Part shown: positions 28,984 to 39,150 of the stretch, one piece after another | Position numbering within the stretch: the stretch's first letter is position 1 | Layout of the letters: each line of letters starts with the position of its first letter | From: Bacteroidota bacterium | GTDB taxonomy: Bacteria > Bacteroidota > Bacteroidia > UBA8524 | Reading direction: 5' to 3' | Length of the DNA stretch: 64,000 nucleotides | Assembly (NCBI GenBank): GCA_006226545.1 | Contig: SBGR01000034.1 | Coordinates: 2,864 to 66,863 of the forward strand | Translations under genes and position numbers: made by a program | The notes under the pieces: model-generated | What the model was told of the DNA's origin: nothing | The model's input: the letters and a program-made list of their open reading frames with translations, nothing else | Databases searched by the model: none

Positions 28984-29250
28984 TTACTTTAAGAGGTACC
29001 AGAGAATGAAGGTGAGAATAGCCGCAATGGCAACAATTCGTGTGCTGCTCCCTTTGTTAATTGTTTGCGGACGAACTGAGTTTCTAGACCAAGAGTCTTT
29101 TAGCGACCCACGCAGCAATGGCGTGCGTTTGCTGTCGCCGGCTTGCGCTCTCTCTACCCTTTCTTGCAAATCTTCTTTGGCCTCATCGTAGTAGATGGGG
29201 GTATAATCGAATGACTTGTAGCGGGGTAATTTGACTAGAAATTTGAACAT
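28984..29250 (-). CDS. Small tail-anchored membrane protein, unknown function
   Basis: Trimmed to the ATG at 29250 (MFKFLVKLPRYKSF...). It has a C-terminal TM (IVAIAAILTFILWYLL) and a 3-nt gap to mutL. The longer ORF-track form would overlap the divergent GH3 gene. Confidence 0.4.
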   Translation of the reverse strand: MFKFLVKLPRYKSFDYTPIYYDEAKEDLQERVERAQAGDSKRTPLLRGSLKDSWSRNSVRPQTINKGSSTRIVAIAAILTFILWYLLK

Positions 29251-29322
29251 TTGTGAATATCCGAAGCGCCTAACAAAGATAGGTATTTTTCTTGTCTTAT
29301 TTTCGCAAACAGCTTGTACACC

Positions 29323-32238
29323 ATGCGTTTCATATTCAGTATCACCCTTTTGTTTTCTGCCCTGATCTCTCAAGGGCAAGCTTATGTATTTCCAACAAAC
29401 CAATGGGTCGATTCTGTCTACCAGAACTTGAGCAGGGAAGAGCGTGTTGGCCAGCTGATAATGGCAGCCGCGTACTCAGACGCTAACCAAGACAATACAG
29501 CTGAGCTCGAAGCCTTGATTCAGCATTACCGCATTGGCGGACTCATCTTCTTCAAGGGCAGTCCGATGCGCCAAGCAAACATGACCAATTACCTCCAAGC
29601 ACAAAGTCCTATTCCTTTAATGATAGGCATCGATGCAGAATGGGGCTTAAACATGCGTTTAGACAGCACGCTCAAATACCCTCGGCAGATGGCCTTGGCT
29701 GCTTTTGATGACGACAGTCTAATTTACCGGATGGGTTTTGATATCGCTCAACAATGCAAACGTTTGGGCATTCACGTGAACTTTGCACCGGTAGTCGATG
29801 TAAACAATAACGCCAATAACCCGGTAATCAACGACCGCAGCTGGGGTGAGAACAAATGGGTGGTGATTAGAAAGTCGAATGCCTATATGCAAGGCATGCA
29901 AGACGCAGGCATCATTGCTTGCATCAAACATTTTCCCGGTCATGGCGATACCGAAACAGATTCACACAAAGACTTGCCTCTGCTCGACTTTAGCTACGAG
30001 CGTTTGGATTCACTCGAATTGGTGCCGTTCAGGGCTTTGATTGATTCCGGGGCGATGAGTGTGATGGCAGCTCACCTGTATGTAGAAGCCCTTGATACCA
30101 CTCCAAATTTACCTTCCTCTTTATCGAGGCCCATTATTCACGGATTACTTCAGGATAGTATGGGTTTTAAGGGTTTGGTCTTTACCGATGCCCTCAACAT
30201 GCATGGGGTAAAAAAGCATTTCAAAGGAGGTGAAATTGCGGTGAAAGCCCTGCAAGCAGGTAATGATATCTTGCTATTTCCTGAAGATGTTCCCTTAGCG
30301 ATTCAAGCTGTAATCACAGCCTTGGACAGTTGTGAAATTGACTCTTTGGAATTTGAGCATTCGGTAAAAAAGGTTTTGGCTTCCAAATACAAACTGGGCC
30401 TGAATCGCTATAAACCCATCGATACAGCCTCCTTGTACCAAGACCTCCACGATGCCGCGGGACTTCATATTTTGGATGAAACCAGCGAACGTCAGATTAC
30501 GGTTGTACGTCGGCATAAGCATGCGCTTCCTTTGCCAAAAGACAAAAAAATTGCCTGTTTAGCGATAGGCGAACGTCCGGGTAATCAGTTCCACCAGGCC
30601 ATGAATCGCTACGGCAAATACGATTACTTCAGCATAGACCGTAACGCCTCTGATTTTACCTTCGCTCAACTTAAAAAGTACTTGCTTCAGGAGCGCTACG
30701 ATTTAATTGTGGTGAGCATCCACAATACCAACCGACTAGTTTCCCGCATGTATGGCTTAAGCGCCAAGTCAGTTTTGTTGGTAGAAGAATTGGATCGCTC
30801 CAAAAGTGAAGTTGTTTTGGTGAGCTTTGGCATTCCATACAACCTTCGCTACTTCAAAGACTTGGACAATATCGTGGTGGCTTACCAAGACATCGACCTT
30901 AACATGGAGAAGGCGGCAGCGGCCATCCACGGGCATAGCCGTTGGGAAGCCAAGCTGCCCATTACGGTAAACGAAGAGCTGGAAGCGGGGTTGGGGGTAG
31001 AACGCAAAGCAGATACTGCACTGCTCAATTTTAGCAATCCTCAGCGCCTAGATTTCAGCATGCATGGGCTTTCGCGCATTGATTCACTTATCGAGCAGGC
31101 CATTCGCGATTCGGTATTACCAGGCTGTCAAGTACTGGTAGCGCAACAGGGCCGAGTGCTTTTCAATAAATCGTTTGGGCACCATACCTATGAGGCCAAT
31201 AGCAAGGTAGTTAGCGAAACGGATATCTATGATTTAGCCAGCGTCACCAAAGTGGCGGCCACCACCATGGCCATCATGCACTTGTACGATAAGGGTAAAA
31301 TAGATTTAAAGAAGAAAGCATCCTTTTACGTGAAGGCTTTACGCGGAACCAACAAGAGCAATATCACCTTGCAAGAATTACTAACGCATACCGCTGGATT
31401 GCAAAGTTGGATTCCTTTTTACCTCAAAACCTTAGACAGTACAGGAGCCTATTACAGCTTCTGCAGAGACGATGATTATTGTATTCCGGTGGCTCAAGAT
31501 CAATGGGCTAACAGACGTGTTACCGATAGTATTTGGAGCTGGATAGTAGAAAGTCCGGTTAAAAAGCCCGGGCATTATTTGTATTCTGATTTAAGTTTCT
31601 ACCTCCTGCAAAAGGTGGTGGAGAGTTTCGATAAAGAAGGCTTGGATCATTATGTGAGCAAGAACATCTACGAACCTCTAAACTTGGCTAACCTAGCGTA
31701 TAGTCCTCTGGAGCACTTTAACCACGACCGTATCGTACCAACTGAAAAAGACAGCATTTTTAGAAGACAGACCCTCTTAGGTTATGTTCATGATCCGGGG
31801 GCAGCCATGTTAGGCGGTGTAGGTGGCCATGCCGGTTTATTTGGGAATGCCGGCGACTTGGCTATTCTGATGCAGTGTTTACTAAATAAAGGCCATTACG
31901 GCAATGTGAAGCTGTTTTCAGAAAACACCGTTTACCGATTTTCCCGATACGATAATGTGCTCAAATACCGCAGAGGTCTTGGCTTCGATAAACCAGAACC
32001 TGACCCGAAAAAAGGAACACCATGTTCCCGTTGTGCTAGTTTGAGATCTTATGGTCACAGTGGTTTCACCGGCACCTTTGTTTGGGTTGACCCCGAATAC
32101 GACTTGATTTACATCTTCCTCTCCAACCGTGTTTACCCGGATGCTGCCAATAACCGAATCTCAAAAACAAACCTGAGAACCCATATTCAAAGCATCATTT
32201 ATCAAGAAATTGGTGTCGACTGTAAATACGAACACTGA
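29323..32238 (+). CDS. Fusion protein: GH3 beta-N-acetylhexosaminidase (NagZ-like) + serine beta-lactamase/PBP-like hydrolase
   Basis: The N-terminal half has KHFPGHGDTETDSH. The C-terminal half has ASVTKV (SxxK), YSD and HSGFTG (the K/H-S/T-G box). Signal peptide from the ATG at 29323. Confidence 0.85.
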   Translation: MRFIFSITLLFSALISQGQAYVFPTNQWVDSVYQNLSREERVGQLIMAAAYSDANQDNTAELEALIQHYRIGGLIFFKGSPMRQANMTNYLQAQSPIPLMIGIDAEWGLNMRLDSTLKYPRQMALAAFDDDSLIYRMGFDIAQQCKRLGIHVNFAPVVDVNNNANNPVINDRSWGENKWVVIRKSNAYMQGMQDAGIIACIKHFPGHGDTETDSHKDLPLLDFSYERLDSLELVPFRALIDSGAMSVMAAHLYVEALDTTPNLPSSLSRPIIHGLLQDSMGFKGLVFTDALNMHGVKKHFKGGEIAVKALQAGNDILLFPEDVPLAIQAVITALDSCEIDSLEFEHSVKKVLASKYKLGLNRYKPIDTASLYQDLHDAAGLHILDETSERQITVVRRHKHALPLPKDKKIACLAIGERPGNQFHQAMNRYGKYDYFSIDRNASDFTFAQLKKYLLQERYDLIVVSIHNTNRLVSRMYGLSAKSVLLVEELDRSKSEVVLVSFGIPYNLRYFKDLDNIVVAYQDIDLNMEKAAAAIHGHSRWEAKLPITVNEELEAGLGVERKADTALLNFSNPQRLDFSMHGLSRIDSLIEQAIRDSVLPGCQVLVAQQGRVLFNKSFGHHTYEANSKVVSETDIYDLASVTKVAATTMAIMHLYDKGKIDLKKKASFYVKALRGTNKSNITLQELLTHTAGLQSWIPFYLKTLDSTGAYYSFCRDDDYCIPVAQDQWANRRVTDSIWSWIVESPVKKPGHYLYSDLSFYLLQKVVESFDKEGLDHYVSKNIYEPLNLANLAYSPLEHFNHDRIVPTEKDSIFRRQTLLGYVHDPGAAMLGGVGGHAGLFGNAGDLAILMQCLLNKGHYGNVKLFSENTVYRFSRYDNVLKYRRGLGFDKPEPDPKKGTPCSRCASLRSYGHSGFTGTFVWVDPEYDLIYIFLSNRVYPDAANNRISKTNLRTHIQSIIYQEIGVDCKYEH

Positions 32239-33359
32239 TGTCAAAACTACGGGGCTACCTTTCATCCTGCTTGCTACTTTGTAGTCTGGTGGTAGGCGCA
32301 CAGGGCGGAGAACGCTATTTCTTTCACTTCGGGCCAAGTCTGACGGTAGGAAATACGTTTGTTGGTGGCGTCACTTCCGTATCCAGCCCCAACATTACAG
32401 GCACCCACCACGTTGAGCCCATGCTTTCCACCTTGTGGGGATTTCCCAATCCGCAGTATTCTTTCTTTCAAAACCTGGGAAGAAAAATCCACATGGGATT
32501 TCAATACGAACGTTTTTTTAATGACCGACATGCGCTAGTAACAGGATTTGAATTGGGCGGAAGAGGCTATATTATTCGGTCTGAGCTTAGCAGTGATTAC
32601 GTGGTAAGCTACCGCACCATCTCTTTGCCTCTGTACTATAGCAGAAGCCTTTGGAATGGCAGCTTTTGGTCTGTTAGAGGAAATATAGGTGGCCACCTGC
32701 TCTATGCCAGTACCATTCCTGATGTAGTAGATGCTGTTCTTGTCTTGGAAAAGAAAAGAACAGTAACTCCCCAAGCATTTGCCGGGATTGAATTGGTACA
32801 CCGCTCCTTCTCTGCACCCTTCAGTTTTGAATTCGCCTATACACACGGACGAAAAAACCTTATAAAACACTCCTATCTAGCCCTCGACTATGTAACACCG
32901 GTAGCCATTCAAAGCAATGGATCCGCTTTGCATTTCACTGTAAAGTACCTTTTGCACGAGAAACGCTATCCCTCCAAAGCAGTTGATTTAACCGGATACG
33001 TGCAAACCCGTTACGATGAACTTGTCTTTAGAAACATTAAGGAACCCGTTAAATTGCAGGTTCCGGGCGATACCCTAGAAATCTGTTTAAGCGATGATCA
33101 AACGCAGGATGGAGACAGCATTGCCATTGAGTTTAACAATAAGCTAATTCAAAAAGACTTACTGGTAACTGCCGCGGGTACCTGTTTTAAACTCATACTA
33201 GAACCAGGGAAACCTAATACACTGATAGTTCACGCCTTAAATGAAGGTAAAATTCCACCAAACACCTGTTTGATCAAGGTAATTTACGGCGATAAAACAA
33301 AAGATATCCGGCTCCGTTCAGACCTAAAAAACTCAGGAGCCATACAGTTTACGCGTTAG
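32238..33359 (+). CDS. Hypothetical secreted/outer-membrane protein
   Basis: 373 aa with a signal peptide. The N-terminal ~220 aa have alternating beta-strand character. TGATG overlap with the upstream gene. Confidence 0.45.
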   Translation: MSKLRGYLSSCLLLCSLVVGAQGGERYFFHFGPSLTVGNTFVGGVTSVSSPNITGTHHVEPMLSTLWGFPNPQYSFFQNLGRKIHMGFQYERFFNDRHALVTGFELGGRGYIIRSELSSDYVVSYRTISLPLYYSRSLWNGSFWSVRGNIGGHLLYASTIPDVVDAVLVLEKKRTVTPQAFAGIELVHRSFSAPFSFEFAYTHGRKNLIKHSYLALDYVTPVAIQSNGSALHFTVKYLLHEKRYPSKAVDLTGYVQTRYDELVFRNIKEPVKLQVPGDTLEICLSDDQTQDGDSIAIEFNNKLIQKDLLVTAAGTCFKLILEPGKPNTLIVHALNEGKIPPNTCLIKVIYGDKTKDIRLRSDLKNSGAIQFTR

Positions 33360-34018
33360 TCCCAGCACTCCATTAGCAGAAGGTGTCCGGCATCAAATCT
33401 GATTTCCACCCAACCGTCTTCCACAGCCTCATTGCTGCTTCCCGAGCGAACGCCGCTTTCAAGCCATTCGTTGGATAGATTATACTTGAGTCCTGAGGTT
33501 TGAATACCTTCAACTCTACCCATTGGAATAAGCGATAATGTAGTGCCCGGTTGGTAGCGTTTCTTAAAATTGGATTTGAGTGGAAATATTCTCGAATGAT
33601 CATCGAGCATCACCAAATCAATTTGGTCTCTGTATTTCAATAAACTCTGAATATTGTTGACGCTATGGTCTGCTCGCTTACCCGTTGCCCAAACAATGTT
33701 TGCCGCGGCATACTTCCGTCTGATTAATAACTCAATCGCCTTCTCCAGGTCTGTTGAATCTTGTTCTGTATAAGGAAGTACTTCTATAGGCTGTTGGGCT
33801 GCAATTTCTTCTTCCCAGGTTTGCCCTCGGTCAAAATCGCCTAATAGAATATCGAATTTAATGCCCAAGCCGTGAACTCGTGGGGCAGCCCCATCTAAGA
33901 CCACCACGGTTGGGCTCCATTCGAGAAGTTGTCCGAGCAGTTCCGTTGAGCACGCTTCGCCATTGGCAATGATCAGAGCAGGCTCTTGTTCATCCCGAAC
34001 AACGTGATGCGAAGACAT
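33356..34018 (-). CDS. Thiamine pyrophosphokinase
   Basis: 220 aa with the LLGDFD motif and a C-terminal thiamine-binding beta domain pattern. Confidence 0.75.
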   Translation of the reverse strand: MSSHHVVRDEQEPALIIANGEACSTELLGQLLEWSPTVVVLDGAAPRVHGLGIKFDILLGDFDRGQTWEEEIAAQQPIEVLPYTEQDSTDLEKAIELLIRRKYAAANIVWATGKRADHSVNNIQSLLKYRDQIDLVMLDDHSRIFPLKSNFKKRYQPGTTLSLIPMGRVEGIQTSGLKYNLSNEWLESGVRSGSSNEAVEDGWVEIRFDAGHLLLMECWD

Positions 34019-34019
34019 C

Positions 34020-35861
34020 CTATTCTACTGTTACTGATTTAGCTAAGTTACGCGGTTGGTCTACGTTACATCCGCGCATTACTGCAATGTGATAAGAAAG
34101 CAATTGAAGCGGAACAGTGGCCAATAATGGAATCATTACTTCATCGCAATCCGGAATTTCAATCACATAATCCGCCATATTGCGCATAATAGTATCTCCT
34201 TCTGTGGCTACGGCGATTACTTTTCCTTTTCTCGCTTTTACTTCTTGGATATTGCTCAATACCTTCTCGTAGTTGCTGTGGTTTGTAGCAATAACAACCA
34301 CCGGCATTTCCTCATCGATCAAGGCAATTGGACCGTGTTTCATCTCTGCAGCCGGATAACCTTCTGCGTGGATATAGGATATTTCTTTCAGCTTCAAAGC
34401 GCCTTCAAGCGCTACCGGGAATCCGTAATTACGTCCGAGGTATAAGAAGTTTCTAGAGTCTTTGAATTCTTGAGCGATAACCTTGATTAAATCATTGGAT
34501 TCTAGTGCCTTTTCAATTTTAGAAGGGATGGTTTCCAATTCATTCAATAAGGTACGTACGCGGTCTTTTGGTAAAGAACCTTTACGCTGACCCACCGCAA
34601 TAGCGATAAGTATCAATGCCGTTACCTGGGCAGTAAAGGCTTTTGTAGAAGCCACACCAATTTCAGGTCCGGCATGGGTATAAGCTCCTGCATCCGATGC
34701 TCTTGGAATAGAAGCACCAACTACGTTACAGATACCGAAAATGGTTGCCCCTTTGGATTTTGCCAATTCAATGGCTGCCAAGGTATCTGCCGTTTCTCCG
34801 GATTGTGATATCGCTATAACCAAGTCGTCCTCCCCGACTACCGGGTTGCGGTAACGGAACTCGGATGCATATTCTACTTCTACTGGAATTCGAGCTAAAT
34901 CTTCGAAAAGGTATTCGCCAACCAAGCCTGCATGCCAAGAAGTACCACAGCCCACAATGATGATGCGCTTGAGGTTCATCCACTTGTTTTCATATTGCTT
35001 GATGCCCGCCATTTCAACGGATTGATCCATCACGTTGATGCGACCGCGAATACTATCGTAAACGGAACGAGGTTGTTCAAAGATTTCTTTGATCATGAAA
35101 TGCTCGTATCCACCTTTTTCAATGCTCTCCAAGTGCATTTCCAACTCTTGGATATAAGGTGTTTTTATTACGTTATCGATGGTTTTAATGGTCAATTCAT
35201 TGTGGTCAATGATAGCCAATTCACCGTCGTTTAGGTAAACTACGTTGCGCGTATATTCAATCAGTGGTGCAGCGTCTGAAGCGATATAATGTTCGCCTTC
35301 ACCAATACCTATCACCATAGGACTGCCTTTTCTAGCACCAATAAGTAAATCTGGGAAATCGGTATGAATGATCACAACTGCATAAGCACCCACCACTTGG
35401 CTCAATGCCATTCTAACGGCCTCTTCAAAAGCAATTCCGTTAGCATTGTGGTAAATGTCTTCAATCAAGTGAACGAGAACTTCTGTATCTGTATCGCTTT
35501 TAAAGACGTGACCGCGCGATTCCAATTCGGTTTTTAAAGAACCGTAATTCTCAATGATACCATTGTGAATCAAGGCAATCTTACCGTCTTGTGATAAGTG
35601 TGGATGGGCATTGCGGTCGTTTGGTTCTCCATGGGTAGCCCAGCGGGTATGACCAATACCAATAGTGGCTGAAGTCATGTTTTGCGAAGCCACAAAATCC
35701 TCTAAATCGGAGACCTTACCCGCTTTTTTATAGACTTGAAGCGAATCATTTAGAAGCGCTACACCGGCTGAATCATAACCTCTGTATTCAAGTCGTTTCA
35801 GTCCTTTTATCAGAATAGGGAACACATCGCGTTGACCGATGTAACCAACAATACCACACAT
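34020..35861 (-). CDS. glmS: Glutamine--fructose-6-phosphate aminotransferase
   Basis: 613 aa with the MCGIVGY Ntn-Cys, two SIS domains and a C-terminal KSVTVE. Confidence 0.97.
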   Translation of the reverse strand: MCGIVGYIGQRDVFPILIKGLKRLEYRGYDSAGVALLNDSLQVYKKAGKVSDLEDFVASQNMTSATIGIGHTRWATHGEPNDRNAHPHLSQDGKIALIHNGIIENYGSLKTELESRGHVFKSDTDTEVLVHLIEDIYHNANGIAFEEAVRMALSQVVGAYAVVIIHTDFPDLLIGARKGSPMVIGIGEGEHYIASDAAPLIEYTRNVVYLNDGELAIIDHNELTIKTIDNVIKTPYIQELEMHLESIEKGGYEHFMIKEIFEQPRSVYDSIRGRINVMDQSVEMAGIKQYENKWMNLKRIIIVGCGTSWHAGLVGEYLFEDLARIPVEVEYASEFRYRNPVVGEDDLVIAISQSGETADTLAAIELAKSKGATIFGICNVVGASIPRASDAGAYTHAGPEIGVASTKAFTAQVTALILIAIAVGQRKGSLPKDRVRTLLNELETIPSKIEKALESNDLIKVIAQEFKDSRNFLYLGRNYGFPVALEGALKLKEISYIHAEGYPAAEMKHGPIALIDEEMPVVVIATNHSNYEKVLSNIQEVKARKGKVIAVATEGDTIMRNMADYVIEIPDCDEVMIPLLATVPLQLLSYHIAVMRGCNVDQPRNLAKSVTVE

Positions 35862-35873
35862 AGTCGAAAGAGT

Positions 35874-36926
35874 TTATTTTACGGGAGTAAAATTAAAAGA
35901 ATTCTGCTCGAAATCAAACGAACGAGCATTGTCGTTGAAAAGACCTTTCAATCCTTTCAGCAAGTCATCAAATTGGTTGAAGTTAAGCGACTGCTGTCCG
36001 TCGGATAATGCCTCCTCCGGTTCATGGTGTACTTCGATCATCAAACCGTCTGCGCCGGCAGCTACCGCAGCGTAACTCATGGGAGTTACCAAGCTACGTA
36101 CGCCTGTTCCTTGACTTGGGTCTGCAATAACTGGTAAGTGAGACAGTTCTTTCGCTAAAGACAAAGAAGCTAAGTCTAAGGTATTGCGGGTTTCCGTTTC
36201 AAAAGTGCGGATACCTCTTTCACAAAGAATTACCTTTTCATTTCCGCCTAAAAGCACATATTCTGCAGCTAAGAGCCATTCTTCAACTTTGGCGCTGAAG
36301 CCACGTTTCAACATAATTGGCTTGTCGATTTTGCCCAACTCCTTTAACAATTGGTAGTTGAACATATTGCGCGTCCCGATCTGAATCACATCGGCATAAT
36401 CGTAAACTTCTTCGAGGAAACTCAAGTCTAAGAGTTCGGTGACAATTCGCATTTCAAAGTCGTCTGCCACTTTTTTCAGCAGCTTCAAACCCTCTGTGCG
36501 CATCCCTTGAAATGCATACGGCGACGTTCTCGGTTTGTAGGCTCCACCACGCAGGAATTTAACACCTCTTGAGCGCATGTATTCTGCTGTGGTGTACATC
36601 TGCTCTTCTGATTCAACGGCACAAGGACCGGCAATCATGCAGATTTCATCTCCACCAATTTTAGCTCCTTTAACATCAATAACAGTGCGTTCCGGCTTCC
36701 ATTCGCTAGAACTCAATTGATAAGGTGTACTAATTTGGGTAAAGGTCATTCCAGGTAAAATGCTTTTTAGCGATTCGGTCTGGAACATATTCAGGTTTTG
36801 GCGCAAGATCAAGATGCTTTTACCCTGATAAATCGCCGATTTATATCCTAACTCCTGAGACTCTAAGTAATCGCTCAGTAGTTTCAGCTCCTGATTGGTT
36901 AATATGGATGGAAAAGAAATGATCAC
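35874..36926 (-). CDS. 3-deoxy-7-phosphoheptulonate (DAHP) synthase, type I-beta with N-terminal regulatory domain
   Basis: 350 aa with the KPRTSPYAFQG motif and a TIM-barrel core. The ~90-aa N-terminal extension resembles Thermotoga-type DAHPS. Confidence 0.8.
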   Translation of the reverse strand: MIISFPSILTNQELKLLSDYLESQELGYKSAIYQGKSILILRQNLNMFQTESLKSILPGMTFTQISTPYQLSSSEWKPERTVIDVKGAKIGGDEICMIAGPCAVESEEQMYTTAEYMRSRGVKFLRGGAYKPRTSPYAFQGMRTEGLKLLKKVADDFEMRIVTELLDLSFLEEVYDYADVIQIGTRNMFNYQLLKELGKIDKPIMLKRGFSAKVEEWLLAAEYVLLGGNEKVILCERGIRTFETETRNTLDLASLSLAKELSHLPVIADPSQGTGVRSLVTPMSYAAVAAGADGLMIEVHHEPEEALSDGQQSLNFNQFDDLLKGLKGLFNDNARSFDFEQNSFNFTPVK

Positions 36927-38255
36927 TTAATTACTCTTTACCAAAGTTAAAACTAATTTGATTCCCCGACTTCCTCCTTTGCTCATGTCCATCTTCAAGT
37001 GACTAGCAGTAACCGGCCCATCTGTTGGGGCGATTAAAAAGAAGCCTGTATTTGTGTTTAACCCTAAACGGGTTGAATTGTTTAAAATGTCTTGAATTTC
37101 TCTACTGATATTGAAAACATAACGGTCTTCGGTATCGTCTAGAGAACCCCCGTATAATTCAGGCTCCAGCAGCTGATCTACCACAAAATCGTTTCTACCT
37201 TCTTCGTTGCGTTTTACCAACAACATCCTAGAGAAAGCATCAAATCCGCCTCCCGCTTGAGACCCATCAAAATTGCACTCAAAGCGAGCATTGACTATAC
37301 CGTAAGTACCGTCGTTAATCAATTCATTCAGGTGGGGAACTTCAATCAGGGTTTTTAATCCCGACATACTTTGAACGTAGGTGGTGGTAAAATCTTGACC
37401 GTTGGCCCCTAATTGAGCTTGAACTGCGGCGGCACCGCTAAAGTCATGTGAGTAAAGGTTCAAGCGGAAACCATCACTTCCTACCGGGAAAAGGTATTTT
37501 CCGGTATCGTTGAAGTAAACAGCCATGCCGCTCACACTGTGGCGCAAATCGAATAATACGATATTGCCTTCTCCATCGGTTAAGTTCTGACCTTCTACGT
37601 CAAGTTGCACTCCATTGAAATAATCTTGGAAAGCTTGGTTTGAAGCGAGGTTCGAGGTTGAAGCATTCGTCAGCATATCGACAAATGAAGTTCCTAGCTT
37701 CAAGCGCATGTGCGGTGCATAACGAATAGATTGACCATTCTCAACAAGGTCTACGCTGTCGCCTAATTTGTGAACCACACTATTGAAGGTATTCTGTGTG
37801 GCCAACTTCAGGTCCGGATCCAAGTTCGAATAGTAAATTGTATCCTCGTAAAATCTACGGTTCAACTCATGCACTCTAATGTTCATTGGAGTACTGAGAT
37901 TTCCGCTGTATTGATTGTCTTGCAAGTACTTAAGCTGCAAAACAACCGAGTCGATTTGTACTCCTGCCGGGAAACTGAAATTGGAAGAAGGCAAGCGGAA
38001 AGCCGCCAGCATCGCGGATGCATTATAACCGAATTCGTCATCTTGCGTAGCCCCCAACATATTGTAGCTGATATTATCAACTCGAACGGAATCTTCGATA
38101 ACCGTTCTGGTGACTAAGGTAAAGGTATCTATACGGATAAGGCCTTTAGCGTCATCGCCATCTTGCAATCCAACAGATCCGGTTTCCTTTTTACAAGAAA
38201 AATGGGTGAAGACTAGCAGTGTCAACACCCAGCTTAAAATTCGATTTAGTCTCAA
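36927..38255 (-). CDS. DUF4270-like lipoprotein
   Basis: 442 aa with lipobox FSC. Its position immediately downstream of the short glgA-like gene matches a synteny I recall as conserved in Bacteroidota. Confidence 0.45.
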   Translation of the reverse strand: MRLNRILSWVLTLLVFTHFSCKKETGSVGLQDGDDAKGLIRIDTFTLVTRTVIEDSVRVDNISYNMLGATQDDEFGYNASAMLAAFRLPSSNFSFPAGVQIDSVVLQLKYLQDNQYSGNLSTPMNIRVHELNRRFYEDTIYYSNLDPDLKLATQNTFNSVVHKLGDSVDLVENGQSIRYAPHMRLKLGTSFVDMLTNASTSNLASNQAFQDYFNGVQLDVEGQNLTDGEGNIVLFDLRHSVSGMAVYFNDTGKYLFPVGSDGFRLNLYSHDFSGAAAVQAQLGANGQDFTTTYVQSMSGLKTLIEVPHLNELINDGTYGIVNARFECNFDGSQAGGGFDAFSRMLLVKRNEEGRNDFVVDQLLEPELYGGSLDDTEDRYVFNISREIQDILNNSTRLGLNTNTGFFLIAPTDGPVTASHLKMDMSKGGSRGIKLVLTLVKSN

Positions 38256-38261
38256 TGTTTT

Positions 38262-39080
38262 CTAGTTTTGAGAGGTGAGCAGTTTTTCATAGAGCTCTGC
38301 GTAATCGTCTGAAAAATCTTCCGCTTTGTGTTGCATCACAATTTTATCAGTTGATACGCTGGCAATGAACTTCTCAACGTCCGGATCAATTTCCGAAGAC
38401 ACCTTTACCACCGCATCTGCATGCTGAATGGCGCCGATATACAAGTTTCGGCATTCACCGTCATCGTATACTGACATCTGTGTTTCGTCGATGTTGTTCA
38501 GACTAGCCTTTCTAGCAAAGTCTTTGCCGAGATTTTCTTCAAACTGATTCTCAAATACAGAAAATACCACCTTGGCATTTTTAAACACCGGTTCATCCTT
38601 GTACAAGCTGCGCATATACAACGGAATCAAGCTGGTCATCCAACCGTGACAGTGGATGATATCCGGAGCCCAACCCAGTTTTTTCACAGTTTCCAAAGCA
38701 CCTTTACAGAAGAAGATGGTACGCTCATCGTTGTCCGGGAAGAACTCATTGTTCTCGTCGGTATAAACGAATTTGCGGTGGAAATAATCCTCGTTATCCA
38801 GAAAATAAACCTGCATCTTAGCCTCAGGAAGTGAGGCTACCTTGATAATGAGGGGATTATCATTATCGTCAATCGTAATATTGATACCAGACAGGCGGAC
38901 AACTTCGTGCAATCTGTTTCTGCGTTCGTTAATTACTCCGAAGCGAGGAACCAAAATGCGAATTTCGTTATCTTGTTCTTGAATGGCCTGGGGAAGTATC
39001 CTTGCAATCTCTGATACGGATGAACCTTGTAAGAAAGGGTTCATTTCTGATGAAATGAACAATACCTTTTTTCTACCCAT
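38262..39080 (-). CDS. Short glycogen/starch synthase-like protein (GT5 N-terminal half only)
   Basis: 272 aa with KVLFISSEMNPF and IIHCHGWMTS, resembling the GlgA N-terminal Rossmann domain. No C-terminal half is present. Confidence 0.7.
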   Translation of the reverse strand: MGRKKVLFISSEMNPFLQGSSVSEIARILPQAIQEQDNEIRILVPRFGVINERRNRLHEVVRLSGINITIDDNDNPLIIKVASLPEAKMQVYFLDNEDYFHRKFVYTDENNEFFPDNDERTIFFCKGALETVKKLGWAPDIIHCHGWMTSLIPLYMRSLYKDEPVFKNAKVVFSVFENQFEENLGKDFARKASLNNIDETQMSVYDDGECRNLYIGAIQHADAVVKVSSEIDPDVEKFIASVSTDKIVMQHKAEDFSDDYAELYEKLLTSQN

Positions 39081-39150
39081 AAGCTAAACGTTAATCGGAT
39101 GCAAAGTTACGGAAAATATTAAACTTTGCCAATTCTGAAAGCAAAGCGGG

